From assembly GCA_937899785.1 (NCBI GenBank), contig CALCCG010000004.1, positions 4,231 through 68,230 of the forward strand: DNA of 64,000 nt, given 5' to 3'. The notes beneath the pieces were generated by a model that saw only the letters and a program-made list of their open reading frames with translations, was not told the origin of the DNA and ran no database searches. Shown here piece after piece: positions 57,592 through 64,000 of this stretch. Positions within the stretch are counted from its first letter, which is position 1. Each line of letters starts with the position of its first letter. A program made the position numbers and the translations under genes. Source of the stretch: an uncultured Erythrobacter sp. Its GTDB lineage: Bacteria > Pseudomonadota > Alphaproteobacteria > Sphingomonadales > Sphingomonadaceae.

Positions 57592-58440
57592 ATGAACCGG
57601 CTTAATCTTCATCTCGTTTCCGATTCCACGGGTGAAACGCTTGAAATGATTGCAAAAGCTGCCCTTGCGCAGTTTGATAATCCCAGCGTGAGCCGCTATT
57701 TCTGGCCGATGGTGCGGTCACGCCAACATCTTGATCGGATCGTCAGCGATCTCGCAAGTAATCCGGGTTTGGTGCTTTACACCCTCGTCAATCCGGAAAC
57801 CCGCAATCGGCTGGAAGAGCATTGCCGGCAGCTTGGCCTGCCTGCGGTGCCCGTTCTCGACCAGGTGACCGCAGCGCTTGAAGCCCAGCTTGGCCAGGAG
57901 GCGCATGGCAGGCCCGGCCGACAACACACAATGGACGCCGACTATTTTCGCCGAGTGGACGCAATCCAATATACAATTGCGCACGATGATGGTGTTGCAT
58001 GGGAAGATTGGGAGGAGGCAGATGTCGTTCTTGCTGGCGTTTCGCGAAGCTCCAAGACGCCAACCAGCATCTATCTAGCCAATCGCGGTTACAAAGTGGC
58101 CAACATCCCCATCGTGGTAGAAAGCCCTCCGCCCCCCGCGCTCTTTGGTCTGCGCAATCCGATTGTGATTGGCCTCACCACGGCGCCGGAGCGGCTGGTG
58201 CAGATTCGTCGAAACCGATTGCTGTCTCTGAACGAAGGGACGCAAACGTCTTACGTCGACAACGATCGCGTGAAAGCGGAATTGCATTTCGCCCGGCGCA
58301 TGTTTGCGGATAATGGCTGGCCCGTGATCGACGTCACGCGACGCTCAATTGAGGAAAGCGCGGCCGCTATTATTCGCCTCGTGCAAGACCGCCGCCGCCC
58401 GGTCAAAACCGCCGACGACGGAGTGGCCAAGCCGATATGA
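57592..58440 (+). CDS. ppsR: Pyruvate,water dikinase regulatory kinase/pyrophosphorylase (DUF299)
   Basis: HLVSDSTGET, AHDDG, GVSRSSKTPTSIYLA, DVTRRSIEE. Confidence 0.92.
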   Translation: MNRLNLHLVSDSTGETLEMIAKAALAQFDNPSVSRYFWPMVRSRQHLDRIVSDLASNPGLVLYTLVNPETRNRLEEHCRQLGLPAVPVLDQVTAALEAQLGQEAHGRPGRQHTMDADYFRRVDAIQYTIAHDDGVAWEDWEEADVVLAGVSRSSKTPTSIYLANRGYKVANIPIVVESPPPPALFGLRNPIVIGLTTAPERLVQIRRNRLLSLNEGTQTSYVDNDRVKAELHFARRMFADNGWPVIDVTRRSIEESAAAIIRLVQDRRRPVKTADDGVAKPI

Positions 58441-59042
58441 GCGATGCCCCTGCGCCCGAACTCATCCTGGCGTCCAAATCCGCTTCGCGCCGCGCCATGC
58501 TCGACGCGGCTGGCGTACCCTATGAGGCTATTCCCGCCGATGTGGACGAAAGAGCTATCGAGCAAAGTCTCGACGGCGCAAGCCCACCCGAGATCGCCGA
58601 ATCCCTGAGCGTCGCCAAAGCGGCAGCGCTTGCGAGCGCGCATCCCCATCGATTGGTTCTGGGAAGCGACTCGCTCGTCGTCGTGGACGGCCACCGTTTT
58701 GACAAACCCGCCAGCCGCGAAGACGCCGCCGAGCATTTGCGCTTCTTCTCAGGCAAGCCCCTCGAGCTCCACAGCGCTGCGGCCCTCATTCGCGGTGACG
58801 CCTGTGTTTGGAGCGCGCCCTCCCAGGCGCTCTTGCGTGTTCGTGACCTCTCCGATGCGTTCATAGAGCACTATCTCAAACTCGAATGGCCCCAAGTGGG
58901 CCACACCGTCGGTGTTTTCCGAATTGAGGCGATGGGCGTGCAGTTGTTTGATCGCATAGAAGGCGACCAATTCACCATTTTGGGCATGCCCTTGCTTCCG
59001 GTGCTCGACGCTTTGCGCGAAGAAGGTGTTCTTATCGCATGA
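58437..59042 (+). CDS. maf: Maf family nucleotide pyrophosphatase
   Basis: LILASKSASRR, DVDE, GSDS, DKP, ILGMPL. Confidence 0.9.
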   Translation: MSDAPAPELILASKSASRRAMLDAAGVPYEAIPADVDERAIEQSLDGASPPEIAESLSVAKAAALASAHPHRLVLGSDSLVVVDGHRFDKPASREDAAEHLRFFSGKPLELHSAAALIRGDACVWSAPSQALLRVRDLSDAFIEHYLKLEWPQVGHTVGVFRIEAMGVQLFDRIEGDQFTILGMPLLPVLDALREEGVLIA

Positions 59043-59902
59043 GCACCCGCCGCTATGCGCAGGTTATTGGTGACCCAATCGCTCAGTCGAAATCGCCGAT
59101 CATTCACGGATTTTGGCTCGAGAAGCTTGGGATTGAGGCTGACTATCGCGCGTTTCTAGTTGAGGATGAAGTCGCTGCCGTCGAAGCCTACTTTCCGACG
59201 GCTTTAATTGACTCAGACTGGGTTGGTTGCAACGTCACCATGCCGCACAAGAAGGCGGTCATCCCATTGCTCGACACCGTTGATCCGGTCGCCACGCGGA
59301 TCGGCGCGGTTAACACAGTTGTTCGCGAGGGTTACGGTCTTGCCGGGTACAACACTGATGCCGCTGGATTTCTCGAGCCCTTGAGTAAAGATCTAAGCAA
59401 ACAGCATTTTTACCGAATGGCGCGTATTCTCGGAACGGGCGGAGCAGCGCGTGCGATTGTAACTGCGCTCTATGACGAAGGTTTTACGCTGGTCCTCGCT
59501 GGTCGCACTCCCGAAAAGGCGCGCGCCATACTCGATGAGCTGGCACCCAAAGGCGAGCATCACGCAATCCACCTGGATCACTTCGCCGAGCCCACCGATT
59601 TCCAGTTCGACGATCGCGAGGGCTGTCTCGACCTGATAGTCAACACCTCGCCCCTTGGTATGACAGGCCAGCCTCCGCTCGTCTTTGACTGGAGCCACGC
59701 GCCGCCCGGCGCGATTGCCTATGATATTGTGACCGATCCGGTGGATACCGAATTCCTTAAAGCCGCCCGCGCGGCGGGGTTTGAAACGATCGACGGCCTC
59801 AACATGCTGATCGGCCAAGCGGCGGCAGCCTTTGAAAAGTTCTTCGGCGCGAAAGCCCCACGCGAGCACGACGCCGAACTGCGAGAAAGGCTAACCGCAT
59901 GA
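59039..59902 (+). CDS. aroE: Shikimate dehydrogenase
   Basis: GDPIAQSKSP.IH, NVTMPHK, GAVNT, NTD, GTGGAARA, NTSPLGM. Confidence 0.94.
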   Translation: MSTRRYAQVIGDPIAQSKSPIIHGFWLEKLGIEADYRAFLVEDEVAAVEAYFPTALIDSDWVGCNVTMPHKKAVIPLLDTVDPVATRIGAVNTVVREGYGLAGYNTDAAGFLEPLSKDLSKQHFYRMARILGTGGAARAIVTALYDEGFTLVLAGRTPEKARAILDELAPKGEHHAIHLDHFAEPTDFQFDDREGCLDLIVNTSPLGMTGQPPLVFDWSHAPPGAIAYDIVTDPVDTEFLKAARAAGFETIDGLNMLIGQAAAAFEKFFGAKAPREHDAELRERLTA

Positions 59903-60510
59903 GCGAAGCCGCCAAGAAGCCTTTGATCATCGGTCTCACCGGATCGATCGGCATGGGCAAATCGACCGTTGCAGCGATGTTTGCCGCAGCGGGCGTGCCT
60001 GTCTTCGACGCCGACGCCGAAGTGCGCTCGATGCAGGGCCCTGACGGTGAGCTTGTGCCAGCCATCGAAACGGCTTTTCCGGGTTCGACCAATGACGAAG
60101 GGGTTGATCGTGAGGCGCTCGGCCAACTTGTCTTCGGCGACGCAACAAAGCTGGAGCAACTTGAAAGGATTGTGCATCCAGCTGTTGGCAGGAAGCGCGC
60201 GCATTTCTTGGCTAACAACGCGGATGCAAGCGTCCTCGTCTTCGATATTCCACTGTTGTTTGAACGCGGCGGACATGAAGCCGTCGATTGCGTTGTGGTG
60301 GTTTCCGCGCCCGCTGAGGTTCAGCGCGCGCGCGTCTTGGCGCGCCCGGGAATGTCGGTTGAGAAGTTCGAGCGCATTCTGGGCCTGCAGGTGCCGGATG
60401 CTGATAAGCGAGAGCGGGCCGATCACGTAATCGACACAGGAGCTCCGATTGAAACCACGCGCGCTCAAGTCGCGGGTCTCATTGAGACACTGAGCGCCTC
60501 GGCGTCGTAG
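59899..60510 (+). CDS. coaE: Dephospho-CoA kinase
   Basis: GLTGSIGMGKST, DAD, VHP, DIPLLFE. Confidence 0.95.
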   Translation: MSEAAKKPLIIGLTGSIGMGKSTVAAMFAAAGVPVFDADAEVRSMQGPDGELVPAIETAFPGSTNDEGVDREALGQLVFGDATKLEQLERIVHPAVGRKRAHFLANNADASVLVFDIPLLFERGGHEAVDCVVVVSAPAEVQRARVLARPGMSVEKFERILGLQVPDADKRERADHVIDTGAPIETTRAQVAGLIETLSASAS

Positions 60511-60570
60511 CTGTTCTTCGGTGCTTTCGCCCCCTTGCACCCAAGCAGCAATCAGCGGATAGTGTCAGCG

Positions 60571-61272
60571 ATGAGAGAAATTGTCTTCGATACCGAAACG
60601 ACCGGCCTTGACCCGAAGAGCGGGGATCGAATGGTTGAAATCGGATGTGTGGAAATGGTCGGACGAGTTAGCACCGGCAACACGTTCCACGCCTATTACA
60701 ACCCCGAACGCGACATGCCATCTGAGGCGGAAGCTGTTCACGGACTTTCTTCCGCCTTCCTCTCCGCAAAGCCGGTGTTTTCCGAGAGCGTCGATGACTT
60801 GCTCGCTTTTTTAGGGGAAGCGCCGCTTGTAGCGCATAATGCCGGATTTGATTTTGGCTTTTTGAACGCCGAGTTGGAGCGTCTGGCCCGTCCGCCGATC
60901 AGCCTGGATCGGATGGTCGATACGGTGGCTTTGGCCCGCAAGAAGCACCCCGGCGCGAAAAACTCGCTCGACGCGCTGTGCACACGCTATGGCATCGATC
61001 GGTCGCACCGCGTCAAACACGGAGCGCTTTTGGATGCAGAGCTTTTGGCGCAAGTCTATGTGGAGCTCAAAGGCGGCCGCCAAATTGGTCTCGAACTTGC
61101 GGTGGACTCGACACGGTCACCCGCGCCCAAGCCCCAAACCAGACAAAGTGAGATCGACCGTCGCGTTGAGCGTCCGCGTCGCGAGCCACGGCCTCACGTG
61201 GCGAGCGCGGAAGAACTGGCTCGTCACGCCAAGTTTGTGGCGGAGTTGAAAGACGCGATCTGGACGCGATAA
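60571..61272 (+). CDS. dnaQ: DNA polymerase III epsilon subunit
   Basis: FDTETTG, AHNAGFD, HGALLDAELLA..Y. Confidence 0.96.
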   Translation: MREIVFDTETTGLDPKSGDRMVEIGCVEMVGRVSTGNTFHAYYNPERDMPSEAEAVHGLSSAFLSAKPVFSESVDDLLAFLGEAPLVAHNAGFDFGFLNAELERLARPPISLDRMVDTVALARKKHPGAKNSLDALCTRYGIDRSHRVKHGALLDAELLAQVYVELKGGRQIGLELAVDSTRSPAPKPQTRQSEIDRRVERPRREPRPHVASAEELARHAKFVAELKDAIWTR

Positions 61273-61329
61273 ATCACGGGCGAGCTGTCTATCGCTATGT
61301 GTCTGCACTGATAAGGGAGGTTCAAATCC

Positions 61330-61896
61330 ATGGATATCAGGATTTCAGGGCACCAAGTGGAAACCGGGGCCGCTTTGCAAGAGCACGCATCCGACAGGTT
61401 GAGCGCCATTGTTCAAAAATACTTCGATCGGGCGCTTTCCAGCCATGTGACGTTTAGCAAGGCGGCTGCGGGCGCATTTCGGTGCGATATCGTTACGCAT
61501 GTGACGCAAGGCACTATTCTCAAGGCGCAAGGAGAGGCGCACGATGCGCATGTCGCTCTCGACAACGCTGCATCAAAAATCGAAAAGCAGCTGCGGCGCT
61601 ACAAGAGACGCTTAAAGGACCGCCATGAGCGCGCCGCACAGGTCCGCGCGGAGGAAATGGCCGTCTATACAATCTTTGCAGTGAACGAGGCGGAAGAAGA
61701 AGAAGTGGCCGTTGATGCGCCTCCTGTCATCGCAGAAACCAGCGTTGAGGTTCCCACAGGAACCGTGGCGGACGCTGTCATGATGCTCGATCTTCGAGAC
61801 ACCAACGCTCTCTTTTTCAAAAACGCTGGCACTGGGCGCCATAATATGGTTTATCGCCGCGCGGACGGTTCTATCGGCTGGGTGGAGCCTCGCTAG
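61330..61896 (+). CDS. hpf: Ribosome hibernation promoting factor (long HPF)
   Basis: MDIRISGHQV, KIEKQLRRYKRRLK, VYRRADGSIGWVEP. Confidence 0.92.
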   Translation: MDIRISGHQVETGAALQEHASDRLSAIVQKYFDRALSSHVTFSKAAAGAFRCDIVTHVTQGTILKAQGEAHDAHVALDNAASKIEKQLRRYKRRLKDRHERAAQVRAEEMAVYTIFAVNEAEEEEVAVDAPPVIAETSVEVPTGTVADAVMMLDLRDTNALFFKNAGTGRHNMVYRRADGSIGWVEPR

Positions 61897-62050
61897 GGTC
61901 ACGCCAACCCCCTTTCGGAAAAAAGCTCCGGATTGCTGGCGCAACCAGACCCGACCCAGTGTAGTGCGAGGAAGCACCGCGCCCCCTGCGGCTGACTTCG
62001 TACCACCACTAGGGCACTTTAAGATCGTTGAGACGGGATTTCGTATTCAC

Positions 62051-62533
62051 ATGGATGTAAATATTGCGATGCGGCCCGAGGCGGTCGCCCTAGTTCCCTT
62101 TGAAAACAACGCTGGACCCTCTTCGTCAAAGCCTCAGGTCCTTGCGCGCCTCTCTAACGTTTTCAGTGACGTGTACGGATTGAGCGGCCCCGACATTCTC
62201 GAAGGTTTGGAGCAACGCGAGGCGTTGGGCAGCACAGGAGTTGGCCAAGGCGTTGCCATTCCGCATTGCCGCAGCCTCGCAGTCAACCGACCAACACTGG
62301 CTCTGCTTAAACTTGAGAACGCCTGCGATTTTCAAGCGGCGGACGCTGCACCGGTGACTTTGGTGTTTGGTTTGGTCTCACCCACGAACGCCGGCGCCAC
62401 TCACCTCTATGCGCTGGCGGCCATTTCACGCCTGCTGCGTGATGAGTCGATGTTGCAGTCTTTGTTTGACGCTACTGATGCGGAGGCCTTGTTTGCGTTG
62501 CTGACAAATCAGTTCCTGCGTGATGCCGCCTAA
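62051..62533 (+). CDS. ptsN: PTS EIIA(Ntr)
   Basis: REALGSTGVGQGVAIPH (phospho-His), LAAISRLLR. Confidence 0.9.
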   Translation: MDVNIAMRPEAVALVPFENNAGPSSSKPQVLARLSNVFSDVYGLSGPDILEGLEQREALGSTGVGQGVAIPHCRSLAVNRPTLALLKLENACDFQAADAAPVTLVFGLVSPTNAGATHLYALAAISRLLRDESMLQSLFDATDAEALFALLTNQFLRDAA

Positions 62534-63002
62534 GTCGGGAACCGACTCAGTTAAGACCGGCGCGGACCTGCATCACCGCGCGCTTGAACGCTTATACGGT
62601 TCGGCCCCCATCAACAAAAAATTCAAATCGCGCTTGGAGATTCCCGGTGAGGGTCAGTCGAGGCTACGCTTCACGGTAAGCGAGGATGTCTTTCACGCGG
62701 CCGGCGCGGCCCATGGCACAGTTTACTTCAAAATGCTCGACGATGCGGCCTTCTACGCAGCCAACACTCTTTCAACCGACTTCTTCCTGCTGACGACCAG
62801 CTTCAACATGAACTTTACAAAGCCCGTGCGAGCGGGTGATGTGTTGGCCGAGGGGCGCTGGGTCAGCGGCAAGCGACGCGTACTTGTCGCGGATGCCCGC
62901 CTTATCGATCAAGATGGCGATGAGATTGGTCGAGGCACGGGGACATTCATGCGATCGCGGATCGCCCTTTCCGGGCTTCCCGGCTATTCTGAAAAGACCT
63001 AG
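62523..63002 (+). CDS. PaaI family hotdog thioesterase
   Basis: HAAGAAHGTVYFKMLDDA, GRGTGTFMRS. Confidence 0.85.
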   Translation: MPPKSGTDSVKTGADLHHRALERLYGSAPINKKFKSRLEIPGEGQSRLRFTVSEDVFHAAGAAHGTVYFKMLDDAAFYAANTLSTDFFLLTTSFNMNFTKPVRAGDVLAEGRWVSGKRRVLVADARLIDQDGDEIGRGTGTFMRSRIALSGLPGYSEKT

Positions 63003-63034
63003 CGTGCCGCGCGTTCCAGGCCCTCTTTAGAACT

Positions 63035-63364
63035 ATGAGACTACCCGCCCATGTTGAAGTCGGCAGCCTCAGGCGCTTGGCCGAATCAAATGGCGGCTCC
63101 GCCATGGTGCTCGCCAAAGGCGAGCCGGACGCCGGATCCATTCTGATAGTAACTATGTATCGCGGTGAAGATGCGCGACTTTATGAACGAATGCCACAGC
63201 GCGACGGAACGCGCCATTTTGTTCAAACAAAAGAGCAAGACTCTGAAAAAAAAGATGAATTCAGCGCGTACCTCGACCGCCGCCGCGCTCAAGATCCCGA
63301 TATCTGGATAATCGAGGTGGATATCGATGAGGCAGAACGTTTTATCGCACTTTTGCCGAATTAA
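63035..63364 (+). CDS. DUF1491 family protein
   Basis: VLAKGEPDAGSIL, YLDRRRAQDPDIWIIEVD. Confidence 0.82.
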   Translation: MRLPAHVEVGSLRRLAESNGGSAMVLAKGEPDAGSILIVTMYRGEDARLYERMPQRDGTRHFVQTKEQDSEKKDEFSAYLDRRRAQDPDIWIIEVDIDEAERFIALLPN

Positions 63365-63564
63365 CTTGATTTTGTATCGTTTGAAACTAATTGGGCCCTC
63401 GCTTCCATGGCGGAGGCCAGCGGTTCGACAATTCGGTCAGCCGGCTGGCACGCAGACGGGGGGCAGCCGGCAGGCTTTTTGAACCACCCTACAAACCCGC
63501 GAAAACATCGCTTTTGGTTCCAACCTGTGTCGGAGCTCGCTCACCGCACGAATATAGTGTTTAC

Positions 63565-64000
63565 ATGAGTCGGAAGACTTACTCTTTGAGCGCGGCGGCA
63601 ATTGTAGCCATCGCCGGTCTAAGCTTTTCAAGCGCCAATGGCGCTGAAGCGTTCGCCCAAGCCACCGTGGATGAGGCGGCCGTTTCGGTGGAGACGGTTG
63701 GGAAAGAATCCGATGACCCAAACGCGGAACCTTTCGAGATCGTCCCATCGGACAATCAGGTTGAGCGTGAGATTGAGTTTATCTCAAACCCAGTGACGCA
63801 GGCCCTTCGCGAAGATCTGGAAGCTGAAACAGAGTCGGCTTTCGTGACGGATGCCGCTTCGCTCACCGAACTCGTCGGCTTGGTCGAGCCCGGTGAATTG
63901 AGTGATCAGATGCAGTGCCTCGCCGGAACTGTGTACTTCGAATCGCGCGGTGAGCCCCTTGCCGGGCAGCTTGCGGTTGCTCAGGTTGTCATCAACCGTT
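63565..64000 (+). CDS. Cell wall hydrolase (SleB/Hydrolase_2), runs off the right edge; not in the ORF track
   Basis: Manual translation MSRKTYSLSAAAIVAIAGLS...QCLAGTVYFESRGEPLAGQLAVAQVVIN. Confidence 0.88.
   Translation, partial: MSRKTYSLSAAAIVAIAGLSFSSANGAEAFAQATVDEAAVSVETVGKESDDPNAEPFEIVPSDNQVEREIEFISNPVTQALREDLEAETESAFVTDAASLTELVGLVEPGELSDQMQCLAGTVYFESRGEPLAGQLAVAQVVINR

Noticed and set aside
1-64000. Genome-wide TAG reassignment or a pyrrolysine system
   Set aside because: Many genes end at TAG at their expected family length (rsfS, fadD, bactofilin, hpf, coaE, mnmE); no pyl genes or suppressor tRNA were seen in the window

Overview
A 64 kb GC-rich alphaproteobacterial chromosome segment. 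Gene content and order point to Sphingomonadales, most likely an Erythrobacter-like organism (inference). It spans the probable replication origin: oriC lies between divergent hemE and ppsR, flanked by hemJ-rho-BLUF-mnmE-mnmG-rsmG-parA-parB (three near-consensus parS sites) and by maf-aroE-coaE-dnaQ-hpf-ptsN. Most other genes are core: nadD-rsfS-rlmH-envC-ctpA-dsbB-coq7, M23 peptidase-bactofilin, fadD, trcR, clpA, hemB, helicase-S4-fdxA-carD, tsaC. Main highlights: (1) a tightly coupled three-gene unit abutting parB (outer-membrane beta-barrel, stand-alone 7TM protein lacking the usual inactive transglutaminase, RimK-related ATP-grasp ligase), a candidate surface amino-acid ligation/export system; (2) a plcP-agt lipid-remodelling pair with a three-unit Pho box; (3) in-frame TAG codons at conserved Lys positions in both clpA and hemB, most likely base-call errors given other error-like patches; (4) a dispersed GC-rich palindromic repeat with three copies; (5) a stand-alone BLUF gene right behind rho; (6) structured leaders ahead of clpA, trcR and a cell-wall hydrolase. 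I saw no rRNA, tRNA, CRISPR array, transposase or prophage. All product calls come from motif recognition by eye, with no database search.
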